From: Eremomyces bilateralis CBS 781.70 | Taxonomy: Eukaryota | Strand: one strand, 5' to 3' | DNA: 64,000 nt | Assembly (NCBI GenBank): GCA_010015585.1 | Contig: ML975167.1 | Shown: positions 14,527 through 27,169 of the stretch, piece after piece | How positions within the stretch are numbered: position 1 is the first letter of the stretch | Layout of the letters: each line of letters begins with the position of its first letter | Position numbers and translations under genes: made by a program | The notes under the pieces: model-generated | What the model was told of the DNA's origin: nothing | The model's database searches: none | Seen by the model: the letters and a program-made list of their open reading frames with translations, nothing else

Positions 14527-15554
14527 TTAGCCCCCCGCGAGTTGCCGTGTGACCGAGCGGGCGGTTGGAATCTCGCGATTGATGAACCCCCGGCCCCAAA
14601 TCAGCGTCCGCATCAACGGCACCTTTGTGTTCCGCTGCAACATCTTCGTACACCACGCCGCGACAATCAGGTCGAGGAAGACCTGATCGGATTGATGAAC
14701 CCCCCGCCCCAGATCAGCGTCTGCATCAACGGCACCTTTGTGTTCCGCTGCCACATCTTCGTACACCACGCCGCGACAATCAGGTCGAGGAGGACCTGAT
14801 CGAACCGCTTCAAGCAGTGCAACTCATCGACCACCACGACGTCCGTCCCCTCGACCCCCATCCCCGTGCCCTCCACCGCCACCAGCCGCCCATTCCTTGC
14901 ATCCTTCCATTTCCCCTTCGACGACTTCCAGATCACGCCCGACCCTTTGACCTCCACCTCCCAGCTGACCCCGCCCAGGAGGCTGCGTTTGCTCCGCACT
15001 GTCGCGGATTTGGCTCCCAGTTTGTGCGGCTGCAGCGTGACTTCGGTTGTGAACGGTCGCTTGCGCATCGTGTACAGCTTGCGGTCCTTGTACTGCGGCG
15101 GCTCGCTGGGGGTCCGGGTCCGGGCGGGCGTGCTGATCTGCAGAGAGATCTCATTGCCGGGCCAGGTTAGGGTACGTGGGAGGCGGTAGAGAGGGGTACT
15201 GTGGTCGGGTGGGTAGATATAGGCATTGGATAACGATAAAGTGGTTTTTCCTGCGGGTGACCATAGTGAGGCGGAGGGTGGTACGGAAGTGGGGCTGCTC
15301 TGGGGGAAGAGGCGGGAGAAACGTGGAGGTTGATTTGGGTTCGTTGAGGGGTCATCGAGGGGGGAGGGATTGGGGTAGACGCGGGAGAATCGTGGTGGAG
15401 GTTGGTTGGAGAGGATGCTATGGACATATGTATCGTCGAAGAGGTGGGTGGAGTAGCGGGGTGGTATGGTCTCGTCCAGGCTTGTGGTTTCTGGGTCTCG
15501 AATGGATGATGGCATCTCCCTTACAGGAGGCAATTCGACCACAGTTGCGGCCAT
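14527..15554 (-). CDS. Hypothetical fungal protein with PPxY and two NQPP(P)RFSR repeats, then a beta-rich domain ending DLIVAAWC. Ends at 14667 if unspliced, or 14527 if the duplicated unit is spliced out
   Basis: 295-aa ATG-initiated ORF with protein-like composition; its 3' end overlaps a 113-bp tandem duplication. Confidence 0.7.
14577..14802. repeat. Direct tandem duplication, 2 x 113 bp (14577-14689 and 14690-14802), 5 mismatches
   Basis: Both units begin gattgatgaacc and end gacctgatcg; aligned by eye. Confidence 0.95.
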
Positions 15555-16316
15555 TATGGAGATACTAGGACGGACTTGAGGAGTAATCGGTTTGTCAACT
15601 TACAGGGCAGACAGTTCTACTCATATCAAACATAGATCTAAAGTCGGAGTCCGTTCAACCCCTCCTGACTTTATTATGGATAGCCGTTCTGCAACGCCAA
15701 CATAGCATGAAACAGGATATCGGGACCGGAAGCAGATCATCAAAACAGGGCATTTCTCGGATCCGGGAAATCCGTTGCTAAGAAAAGAGTCTACGGCCAG
15801 AGTGATTGGACTGAGGATGCTTCCGACAGGGCAGATCCGTTATGATTTCGTAACTCCACGCATGCTGCATGAGGCAACATGACGGGATTCAACCAATCAG
15901 AGGATCGGCCATTGATCATCAAGTAGTAAGCACAGAGACATTGGCCGTTGATACACTGTACCTCGATCTCATCACCTCCGCGACGGCAATATCAACGTGT
16001 GTGCCACCGGCGACCGATATAGTTTCCTCCTCAATGGCACTGCTCGTGTCAATGATCAGGAGTGCGATACATCACGTTCAACCTTGTACGCCGAGCTGCT
16101 TCAGTATTGTATAGTCGTTCGGGGTTAAGGATGGAGCAAAGCGGACATAGTCGTCGTCGGATATCTAGTAGCCAAGTTCATAAACTAAACTGCTACCAGC
16201 TTTAAGCGGAAGCTTGCACTGACTAGTGCTCCATGATACGTGAAAGGTATTGAAATGATGCTGGATGAAGATCTACGTCGAAGTTCTTTGGAGATGAAGT
16301 TGGGCGTGGTGTGATC

Positions 16317-16357
16317 ATCACGTGATCATCGATCCCTCGGCCAAGCATCGCGATTGG
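16317..16357. promoter_or_regulatory. Palindromic ATCACGTGAT E-box (16317-16326) plus reverse CCAAT box (GATTGG, 16352-16357) upstream of QCR10
   Basis: Read directly, about 100-140 bp upstream of the ATG. Confidence 0.5.
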
Positions 16358-16457
16358 ACCCGAACGACTTCAATCAGATTCATTTGCACGTCAATCCTTT
16401 CCTTGAAGTAAGTAGAACGCACCCGCGACTGCAACCCTCTCATCAGCGACCTTGAAA

Positions 16458-16973
16458 ATGGTAAGCGATACCCTTGAGATGCATGGAGCCTCACAATTGA
16501 CCCCCGAACCAGAGATTACACGCCCTCACTCGCCGGGCTTTGAGCCAGCAACCCGTCGTCGCAAGACGCTTTGCATCGACCTCGTACCGATCGCCTTTCG
16601 CTCCCAAGTGAGGAATATGGACGTGCCAGATGCGTAATTCGACTGACATGCGGTAGATATAAGACGCAATTCAACCTTTACGGGATCACCCAGGACCAGT
16701 TGTGGAATGTGTATGTGGATACTCTTTACTTGCATCTTTTGATGGACTGTTGTCACGATCGACGGCCGGATCAAATACATGGACTATTAGAATCTGTTAC
16801 TGACTTCCGATTCCAGGTCCTTCATTGGAGGCGGCATGGCCGCATCACTAGGCTTCTTCGCTCTCTTCTTCTTCGCCGACGTGCCCCGGGTCAGCGTTGA
16901 TATCATGCAAAAGCTTCCTCTCATCGGCCACAAATTCAAGCGCGAGATTGCTCCGGAAGACAACCCCTTCTGA
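16458..16973 (+). CDS. QCR10: Cytochrome bc1 complex subunit 10; exons 16458-16460, 16513-16607, 16657-16710, 16817-16973
   Basis: Spliced product MRLHALTRRALSQQPVVARRFASTSYRSPFAPKYKTQFNLYGITQDQLWNVSFIGGGMAASLGFFALFFFADVPRVSVDIMQKLPLIGHKFKREIAPEDNPF*. The FF.DVPRV..DI.QKLP.IG...EI.PEDNPF ending is the QCR10 signature. Splice sites are canonical. Confidence 0.9.
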
Positions 16974-17226
16974 GCGGACGTGGACATCGGTGGATTACCT
17001 GTCCATGGGGTGAAAAGTTCGTGGTCGGAAGACAACGTTGCTGTGCATAGAAGCCGGACCATGTACCATTACGATAAACCATTATAGAGCGAATCTTGAC
17101 TGTAAATCTCATTCGATGTGCGCGCTCCCTATGACAGGAGGACCGATGAGGAAGTACGTGACGAGACGCCTTGCCGAACGCGCCAGCTTCGTAGATAATC
17201 CCAGGATCCCCAAATCAACGTGACGT

Positions 17227-18119
17227 CTAGTTCTTCGGTAACCTGCCCACGACCTCCGCCATCTCCGCATCCGTATAGATCCTAAAGCCCTTGTCCTTCG
17301 TCACGCTGGCCAACTGCACGTTCTTCTCGTCCAGTTTCTCCTCCATCACCTGCTTAAGCGTCTTCAGCACCAACACCTCCGCCTCGGGCAAGGTCAATGA
17401 CTTGTGGAATTCATTCTGAAGTTCCGCCTGGGCTCCCTCGGAGCCGGATCCTATGGCTTTCGCGTCGTACCGATAGAACGTACCCGAAGGTTCGGCGTGG
17501 TATCTGATAGTTCCGTCAGTAACTCCATCAATCCAGCGATCTTGCGTCAAAGTCGTACAGCGATGGTCCATCCTCGTCATATCCAGCAATCAGCAGCGCA
17601 ACACCGAAGGGTCGAGACATGATGCTCTCCTCGCCATCCGCGCCTTCGCCAAACCGCAAGGCCAGGTCACAGATGGCCTGCGTACAGCTCTCGACCCGTA
17701 GCGGCTCGTTGTAATGGAACGAATGGTTCTGTGATTCGACGCGGGCGTGCTCGACCATGGACCGCGCGTCCGCCTGCAGGCCCGACATGGCGCATCCGAT
17801 GTGTCGGTCGATCTCGACGATCTTCTCGACCGAGGAGGTTTCTAAGAGAGTGGAGGTCACTCGTTTCTCGACGCCGAGGATGACACCCTCGCTGGTTGCA
17901 ACCTAGGGACGGTTAGGGCGAGAGGTTATGTGTAAGAAGGGATGTTTACCCCAATAGCCGTTGATCCGAGCTTGATTGCTTCTAGGGAGTATTCGACTTG
18001 GAAGAGCCGCCCTTCTGGCGAGAAGGTGTTGATTCCACGGTCTACCAGCTGCTGTTAGCTGTTTGGAGCATGAGGACGGGCATAGACAACTCACCATATT
18101 CGGACCGTGCTATGAACAT
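17227..18119 (-). CDS. PUP2: 20S proteasome subunit alpha-5; multi-intron
   Basis: [84 protein letters not shown]. Confidence 0.95.
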
Positions 18120-21100
18120 TTTGGTGGATGAAAAACTGTCCTGTTGTTTTTAACTGGGATTTCTGGGTTTGTAACGGTTTAGAGTCGGTGACTTAATGAA
18201 GTGACAATATGAGGAGCAGTGCAAGTTGAGGCAACCACCAGCATTCGTCAACACTTGAAGCTTCATGAGTTGCAGTTCCGGGGTCTGTGAGAGGCGGACG
18301 CTTGGACCCGCTCTTTGAGCCTCACTTCATAATGTGATAATGGAGATGCCATCCACATCTACTTCCTGTCGTTCATCCATCAAACTATATATGACCTTAA
18401 TAGATACTCTAGGCGGACCTGGTAGACGCAAGATAAAAGAGGTTCCTGGTTTGAGCAGTTCGATCTATCTCCAATTTGGAGTTTGGGACATGCCACCTCA
18501 TATCCATAATCCGTTCGACCAGAGTCTGGAGACCTATTCCAATATCCCATAAAGGTGAAGTCATTCCGGGCTATGGTACCCAAAAGACATGGAATTTCGA
18601 CTTGTTTGTTGAATCCAAGGACTGGAGACCGAGATGTCCTCGTCCTTGAATTCGTCCTCTCGTAGACTTGGCTGTCAACCTTCGGAGAATGGATATCGGT
18701 GCAATGCTTCTCGCACATCATTTTCCTAATGGGACTGTAATACGTCTCCTTGGTTAAAGCAACCGCATGATATGAATGCATGGCACAGAAGATGCTCAGT
18801 TGAAGCCCTAATAGATATTTCAAGGCGCTGCCACCGTACCCGTTTCTCGCTGGCATTGTACCTAGACTTAATATCCTCTCTGGTTAGGAAGCAGTCTCAA
18901 GCCCAGAGTGATTCCTGGACCCCACCACATCTAGCATTCCCTTCGGGATTGGGGAGAGAATCACGTCGTCGGACGAGCCGTAACATGGTTGAGTACATGT
19001 ACCCGCAAGGAATCCAGACTTCCAGAGGCTGCGCAATGCCACATACTGTCTTGACTCTAGAAATCTAGGGCAACCTCGTCACTGGTGCCGAGAGGAGACC
19101 ATCCTTGAGCTGGAAAACCTGCAAACGGCCCCGAGCCGAGGATGACTCGATGGTTATCGTTAGGCTGGCTCGGATTTAGGGCTATAGAAGGGCATATTGG
19201 GGCATTGAACGGCATCATCGCCCGAGACTGGGAGCGTTTCCCGGTTTCTTCATGCCTCGACATTATCAGGTACCATTGAAGACCGAGCGGCATATTTCTC
19301 CATCGCACACGCTTAACCAGGAGGCTTTTATTCCTGGAAGTATTCAGGATTGGTTGGCGGTTTGGACCGCGCTATACGAACTACGACGTGGGGTAATCGA
19401 AACGGTACCTGTATCAACTATCCAAGCCCCTACTCTCCGTATCGTCCTTCATTTGAGCAGGATCATGTTTGTCAATTGTCAAACCATATACTCGGATCAG
19501 CGGCGTGCCTTCGCGAGACCTGGTCATCGGCTTCTTCCACCGTGATAACCACGAACTATGAAGTGAGAGATCACTCCATCTCATGCGACGAGTGCACCTA
19601 TCAGCCTTAAACGGAAGAATTACCATCCCAATTTCCGGTTCGATTCGCCGCTTGAACAGCGGGCGTTTGGAAAAATTGCGGTTGCTTCAGAACTTCAGGA
19701 TGAGCGCGAGAACAGCATGGGCATAGGCATGGGTTTGATCCCACGTCCAGGACGATCAAGAAACACGGCGTTGATGAAGTGATGGCAGTTGACGGTAGAG
19801 CTCGGTGGAGTCGCATCTTTGATATCGCAAGGCGGGGGGATGCCGGTCTTTCCTTGCCATCAGAAAGACAGAATCATGCAACGGTCGCCGCAATCGATGG
19901 ATGAAACACTGGGTGTTCGCTGTCCACTGCCCAGACCCCGGGGCCCGGCACTCCAAACGGAACAATATCGGCTCCTAGGCGGGCGTTTGGAATCTTGCAC
20001 AATATGCATGTTGTTCATCATCATGTCGTGCTTTCATGATATGTTACGGTTTCTGTGAAGAACTCGTGGAATGGGAAATCAGACCGAAATTGGTGGGGCT
20101 TCCCTTCCAGTCTGGCACGGCCTAGCGAAATATCGATACGACTGGCACTCAGGTCGTGGTATTAATCATTTGGCTTGAAGTCAGGCCGCGTTTTCGTATT
20201 TCGTACTCTGGATGCTCTGCGAAAATCCAAAGTTTCAGTCCGACCACACTCCATCTTCTCACGAAAGCATGGCTATAAGTAAAGTCCTCTACTTTTGCCT
20301 GTAACCATAGTATTCCTTATTCGTTATTTTTGGAGCATGTAAATCAAACGAGCAAGGCCAGAAAGCAGGATTAAATTTAATTTAATCTATTTTGATTCGT
20401 CGCTTTCATTTCGCCCGCCTCGGCTGATAGATGAATCTCTTATCCCTGTCGAGTTGTTTGACAGCCTAGACTGCGCGGCGAGGCGCTGGTATCTCATCCT
20501 TTTGCCCGTACATACCGACTACCATGGTTTTCCCTGCAGTCTAACTTGGTTTGATTCAAACCTTCTCGTTGAGTCGAACACATAGCGCTGGCATGGGTGG
20601 TGACGTCTCCAGGTCTCATTTTTTTGAAACCATCTATCTCCTGGCTCCCCCATTGTCCATTGGCTGTCCCGTCGCAGTGTCTGCAAGACACGCCCGTTAA
20701 GCTTTGGGGTAATATCCGGGACGTTTCGGACAATATGAGAGGTGGAATTCGTTCCTCGTTCTCCAAGAAAGAGGCGTTCTTCCCTTCATCTTGAGATGCA
20801 TGTTGCGCTACCGCTGGCCTCCTCGTCTATCGAACGTGCTTCGGTCCTTGCTCATGTACCTAGCCCTTGTTGGTGAGAGGATTGGTACAATGGAACAATC
20901 TCTATATATGAGGGTGGACGTAACCACACCTCCCCTTCTACCTATATCTTTCGCTCCCCTTCAATTGAAAGTTGCACTTGCAGCCAGTATCATTCTTTCG
21001 GTCCGGGACCATTTCACTCTTTCCGTCACTCCTTCAGTCAGCGAGTCTGATTCCTTTCCTTCTACTTAGCATCGGCTTCTCCGTTGCTACCATTTGATAT

Positions 21101-21135
21101 CCCCACGAACTCGGGAAATTCGTCCTCAGGTCGCG

Positions 21136-22301
21136 ATGTCTGTCGTCCAGACCGTTTCCGTTCTTTCCGCACTGGCGGCCGCTGTGGCCGCCCACGGCCA
21201 CGTCACTGGCGTGGTAGCCGACGGGGTTTGGCACCAAAACTACGAGCCCGAGTTTCAATATCGGAACCCAGTCCCGGATGCAATCGGTTGGTCGGTCCCT
21301 CTGGCACAGGACAACGGCTTCGTCGAGCCGAGTTCGTATAACAACTTGGATATTGCCTGCCATAAGAGTCAGTGTGTTCCCTGGTATATGAGACAGGTGA
21401 CTGACGTCCTTAGGTGCTGGAAACGCAAAACTTTACGTGCCTGTGAAGGCCGGCTCGGAGATTCAGCTGCAATGGAACACATGGCCTGAATCCCACCATG
21501 GGCCGGTCCTTGACTATCTTGCCGACTGTGCTGGAGATTGTACCACCGTGCAGAAGTCAGCTCTGAAGTTCTTCAAAATCGATGCTGTTGGGTTGGTTGA
21601 TGGCTCTCAGGTATGTTTCGCGTTCAAACTGAAGTTCTTGCGTTGACATACTTTAGTCTCCTGGGAAGTGGGGTGCGGATGAACTTTTGGCCAACAATAA
21701 CACATGGGGCGTGACCATCCCATCCGACATCAAGCCTGGTAAATACGTCCTTCGTCATGAGATCATTGCGCTGCATTCCGCAGGCCAGTCGAACGGTGCT
21801 CAAAACTATCCTCAATGTGTCAACCTTGATATCAGCGGCTCCGGTTCAGCGACCCCAGAAGGTGTTGTGGCCACCTCCCTATACAAGGCTACCGATCCAG
21901 GCATTACCGTCAACATCTACCAGAACCTCAAGGACTACACTATTCCTGGGCCTGCTCCGTACAAAGGCGGCGGCTCAGGCGGCAGCTCCGGCGGCAGCCC
22001 GACCCCTGAGCCTGTCACTTCCGCTGCTCCGCAACCGTCCATCACCAAGGTGGTCAACCCCCCCAAGCCGACTACCCTGTCCACTAGTGCCTCGCCTAGC
22101 GCCCCTGCGCCCGTACCGTCCACCCCGAGCGTCCCTGGGCCCAAGCCGACCGTGGGCGCTCCGTCTCTCCCGGGCGACCTCGACGTGGACACCCTGACCG
22201 AGATCGTCGAGTTCTACGGGGCCCTCAAGAGCTTCTTCAAGGGCAAGGAATCTCCTCTCCGTCGCCGAAGCCACGCCAGGAAATTCGTGGAATCATTCTG
22301 A
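21136..22301 (+). CDS. Secreted AA9 (GH61) lytic polysaccharide monooxygenase with a Pro/Ser/Thr-rich C-terminal extension; introns 21368-21413 and 21611-21656
   Basis: Signal peptide ending AVAA, then N-terminal His (HGHV), [31 protein letters not shown] and [10 protein letters not shown]. The histidine brace and axial Tyr are present. Confidence 0.95.
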
Positions 22302-23190
22302 GGGGCAACCTGAATGTATGAAACACAACGAAGAGGGATTATAGCAGCGGGCGGCTTTGGCTGTGACATGTCTGTCTTCACTTCTTGATGGCCTCGGTGA
22401 TTTCTGGGGCACTGCTTTACAGGACTCTGCGTCGTACGCATGTACATTTATTGCCAATTGGCAGCATTTGTATTATATTCTTGAATATAATTAACTTTTG
22501 AATGCTGAATCTACGAGTCCTATCCCATATACCGTCCATGGTGCTAGGACTGAAATGAGGCCGCAAGAGAGAGATTAGATTAGAGAACTGCTGGTGACGA
22601 TATCACCACTCGACCGTCCATTTAGTAGCTTGATATTGGCTTTACGGGGCCGAATCGAGCAAATTTTCGTTGCGCCGCCAACATCCGCACCCGCCGATCT
22701 CCCTGACGACTGATTGTAAGAATAGACGCCGCATTAGTAAACTGGCACTATTATAATCGGCCAACTGGATTGCTAAGCCCTAAGAGTAGATCGGGATTCA
22801 GCCTGGGGTCCTTCCAGACGTGAGGCTAGTTCCAGTTGAAGGTACAGTTAATACCTTGACTACTACGTAATTAGTACATACATTATTATACATACAGCTG
22901 ACTTCATTTGCCAACTTAGCAAATCTAACTCCACAATTCACAAACCATGAATTTGAGTTCTGATTTGGAATAGAAATAGAAATACTGCCCCATTTTCCGT
23001 CAGATGAACTGACAGATGAGGTAAAGCTTAAAGGTCACCGCCTAGTCACTACCGAGGTAGGCTAGCCTCCGCATTTGAGCAAGCGGTCTATCGTTCAGCC
23101 TAAACCAGACTGCTCAGCTTTAAAAGGTCTGGGTCGCCATAATTGGGAAGATGGAACTTCCGACATTGTGGAGCCGTTCAATATCACAGT

Positions 23191-24642
23191 ATGGAAAAAT
23201 TCGAAAAGAAGGTGCGAGCAGCTACTGGGGAGTTGGGGAAGGAGAAGCAGGAGTTGGCCGGGGTGGTGGTATCGGCTCGAAGCAGTACGACTTCCAGGAG
23301 ACCTATCACGCTTTATACAAAACCTCAACTAATTGATGTGATATAGGACGCTTCAACTATGACAACTCGTTCGGGTTCAAAGGGCTGGGCGCCGACTCTC
23401 CACCGATTGACCTCGAGTCAACCTTCTGGGCCGCATCTTGCACCAAGCTGCTGACCACCATTGCAGCAATGCAGATCCTCGAGCAAGGCAAGGTGACCCT
23501 TGATGAAGACATTTCACGGATCTTGCCTGAATTTAAAGATCCTCAAATCTTGGTCCGTGTGGAAGATGGGAAGCCGACGTTGGTGCCGGCAAAGAACAAG
23601 ATAACCCTGAGGTGAGTACTCTTCCGATCCTATAGCAAGGCAACCACTGAAAGCGTATTAGGCATCTCCTTACGCATTCCTCAGGCTTAGGCTATACGGT
23701 GATGAGCCCCAATCTCATGGCGTATGCCGAAGCCACTGGTCAACAAGCTAAAATGACAGCACCTACGGTTGTACGTAATTCAACTGGCTCTTGCCTTTCG
23801 CGGATTGTCACTACAATTAGGAAAACTTAAGCTGATATATCACAGAACGAGAAATATAACTGGCCCCTCCTGTTCGAACCAGGTGAGGACTTTCACTATG
23901 GCCAGTCGGTCGACTGGGCAGGACAGGTGGTTGAGCGCATCAGTGGCATGCGACTGGGCGACTACCTGGCCAAATATGTCTTTGCTCCGATTGGAGTCCA
24001 GCAGTCCACGTTCCACCCGAGCAGGGACCCTGCCGTGGAATCCAACCTGGTCGAAATGCTGCTGAGAGCCACTCCAGGTGATTCGACATTGACGACGACG
24101 ACGATGTTTGACCGCAAAGCGGAGTGGGAAGACATGGGAGGCGAAGGCATCTACACCAATCCAACGAATTACGTGAAGGTTCTCGTGAGTATCACGCGAA
24201 ATGATGAGAAGATCCTCAAGAAGGAGTCGGTAGAGCAGATGTTTACACCGCAACTCAAAGACCCGAGCCACCTGATGAAGCACATCAGCGCGCTTCTAGA
24301 GCCAGGCATAATTGCACAGCTCATGGGAGCGTTGCCTGGCGAGACGGCAATCAATTGGGGACTGGGTGGCCTGTTGTCATTGGAAGAGGTCCCTGGACGG
24401 CGAAGGAAGGGTTCCATGAGCTGGAGTGGACTGCCCAACTTGTTCTGGGTGAGTAGATTAACCCTTCCCTCTCCACTAGAAACTAACGAGCTTCACAGTG
24501 GATGGATCCTGTTTCCGAGTCCTGCGGGTGCTGGGCAACGAACATCATACCCACAGGGGATGTCAAATCCGCGGCCATGTACAAGGAATTTGAGGAAGCG
24601 GTATATGAAGAACTTACGAGGTCCAAGTCTAGTAGAATTTAA
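23191..24642 (+). CDS. Serine beta-lactamase-family hydrolase (LovD/transesterase-like); multi-intron, last intron 24449-24498
   Basis: SxxK motif (WAASCTKLLT), ITLR|HLLTHSSGLGY, PLLFEPGEDFHYGQSVDWAG, WSGLPNLFW|WMDP and a C-terminal FEEAVY helix. Confidence 0.9.
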
Positions 24643-26120
24643 ACTAGGGTAGACTACACGCCATGTGGAAGCGGGAGTACAATGACATTCGGAATTCGGC
24701 AAAGAACTTCTCGAGTCGTAGACCACAGAGTTGACATGAAAGCCTGCCAAAATATGACTCGGGAGTAGATATATATCACTGCTGATAGTGCGAGAACTTC
24801 ATCTCTATACTTCTTACATCTCCAATCGCTTCAACCGTCGTATTTCGCTTTGCACTAGTTCCGAGGGGAAGCCGTTGACCAGGATGTTTTTGAGCAATGT
24901 TTGTTTGATGTTGTTAAGTTTAATTATCTATCTGATGCCTTAACTTTGACGCCTGCACCGAATCGTGGCGCAGTTCTACACTTCTGTTCTCCTTTTCAAC
25001 TGCCCTGGGCTTCATCATGGACTCTTTCTTGCGAGCTCCATGTCACAGCGTTATTTTACTGGTTCCAACCATCAATTCATCGCTCGCGGCAACGATTAAT
25101 GGACTCATGTCCCCTATCGATGCCACCGCAGGAAATACACTGACCTCAGACGGGTTGCGATGCAACTTTCCCGCTGTCGACCTTTCCTCGATGACAGGGT
25201 TATCTGCCGCATAGTAATAAGGCAGCGAGCACAGTGGTAAAAGGATAAATGCGAGATGCGAGATGCTTTTGTTTCCTTTGAGCCCCTATCTATGTCTTTC
25301 AGTGATTGCTTCACCTGCGGTCTCCTTAATTATCATTCTCAACTTTCTTCTTCCGCTTTTGCTTAAGTCTCGGTCCGGTGGCACTACACGGGGAGCAAGA
25401 ACAGGATGGAAATTTGCGTGATAGAGGAAGGATGGAACGGCTAGCATCGATTGTTCCTCACGGCTGTTAATTTCCTGTCCTCCAACAACTGCTTCAAGAC
25501 GTGATTTGGGAACGACAGTCAATTAACCATCCAGAATGCCAGCACCCTACCCCCAAGCTGCACCTATGCGATGACACTCATTGCACCTCGGGCTCCAGTG
25601 ATGGCTCGCCTCAGAGTGGTTAATGATATTGCCAATGCAAAACTGCAGTAGCGCTGGATCTTGCAATGGAAAGCCGCTATACCTGGAGCCTGCCTAGAGT
25701 GTCGGAACTCTCCTGCCTCATCCGACGTTATATTGTATCCCGTCTGCATCTCCCTCGGGTTAGGTCCATTGATCCTCTTGATCATCTTCGTCGTCTCTCA
25801 TTCTTCCGAGCTCTCTCTTCAGTCATCCAGCCACCCTGCGGTGATGACTGGTATATAATTTCAGTGCCTTCATCTACTATCCAAGTTGATATTGTATCCA
25901 GGCGCTCGCGCTATTCTACATTCACTTGAAACCAGGAAACCCCTTTTCATCTTTACAGCCCCCCTAAATGTTATACCATAGACTTCCTCTCTCTCTGCTT
26001 TACGTATCCTCTTCTCCAAGTCCGAGTCTCACTCTCTCAAAGCCACTCTGTCAGAGTCTCGCTATCTTTCCGCAATCTCATTTATATCTTCAACACTTCT
26101 GTCTCAATACTAGATCCAAG

Positions 26121-27169
26121 ATGGATTGGAAACAGCTCTTTGCACTTCTCCTTGCTGTTGAACGTCCATTCATATTCGTTTCCTCAACGCCGACCAAGCA
26201 TCCGGAAATGGTCAACGGCCCCGTCATCATTGAAGACTTCGCCGATCCGGCTTTTTATCGGGACGTCGATTTCTGGCACGCATTCGCCACCTGCAACCAA
26301 AACCAGTCGGTCAATATTCAAATGGCTCGTTCACGGGATTTCGACAAGTGGGAGCGCATCGTCGACGACGCCCTTCCGGATCTGCCCCGTTGGGTGAATC
26401 TACCCATGCCGTTTGTCTGGGCACCTTCCGTTACATGCTTGGTAAGGATTTCCCACCTTTGCTACCGTACTATCTCTCTAGCAGAATCTTACGGAAGTAG
26501 GACAATGGCACCTATATACTCTATTACGCTGCCTCGATGGCTTCCGACCCCAGATTTCACTGCATTGGTGTAGCTAGTTCGGACAATATCACTGGCCCTT
26601 ACGACCCCGACCCTGAGCCCTGGGCCTGCGCGTTGGAGCGTGGAGGCGCCATCGATGCATCTGCATTTCAGGACGTCTCTGGCCAGCGGTATGTCGTCTA
26701 CAAAATCGACGGCAATTCACTCGGGTCTGGCGGCGCTTGCAACAACGGTATCCCACCCATTCAACCCACTCCGATAATGCTCCAAGCCGTTGCAGCGGAT
26801 GGGGTCACCAAGCAAGGCAAAGCAACACAAATCCTTGATCGAACTGACAAGGACGGTCCACTCGTAGAGGCTCCTTCCATCCACCAAGCTGCAGATGGCT
26901 CATATGTGTTGTTCTATTCAAGCGGGTGCTTCTCGGATCCAAGCTATGACATTCGCTGGGCTTCGGCGAACGACATCCGCGGACCGTACACCCGATTCGG
27001 CACTCTATTGAAGACCGGAATGATGGGATTAACGGCGCCTGGAGGTGCAGATGTCATAGATGGTGGGCGAATGATGTTCCATGCAGATTTTGGAAAAGGC
27101 CGAGCGATGTACACCACTCAAGTAGCCCATGGAGGCGCAGCCGTCAGGTTGGTACAATATGATGGCTAG
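26121..27169 (+). CDS. Glycoside hydrolase family 43 (five-bladed beta-propeller), probably secreted; intron 26442-26500
   Basis: FADP (general base), WAPSV, HCIGVASS, GGAIDAS (pKa modulator), YKIDGNS, LVEAPS (general acid), APGGADV. Confidence 0.9.

Noticed and set aside
14577..14802. Tandem repeats as a CRISPR array, transposon end or RIP target
   Set aside because: Eukaryotic locus, only two abutting units, no spacers or TIRs, and the mismatches are not a consistent C-to-T pattern.
23191..24642. LovD-like gene as a marker of a secondary-metabolite cluster
   Set aside because: No PKS, NRPS, terpene synthase, cluster transporter or Zn2Cys6 regulator in the window.
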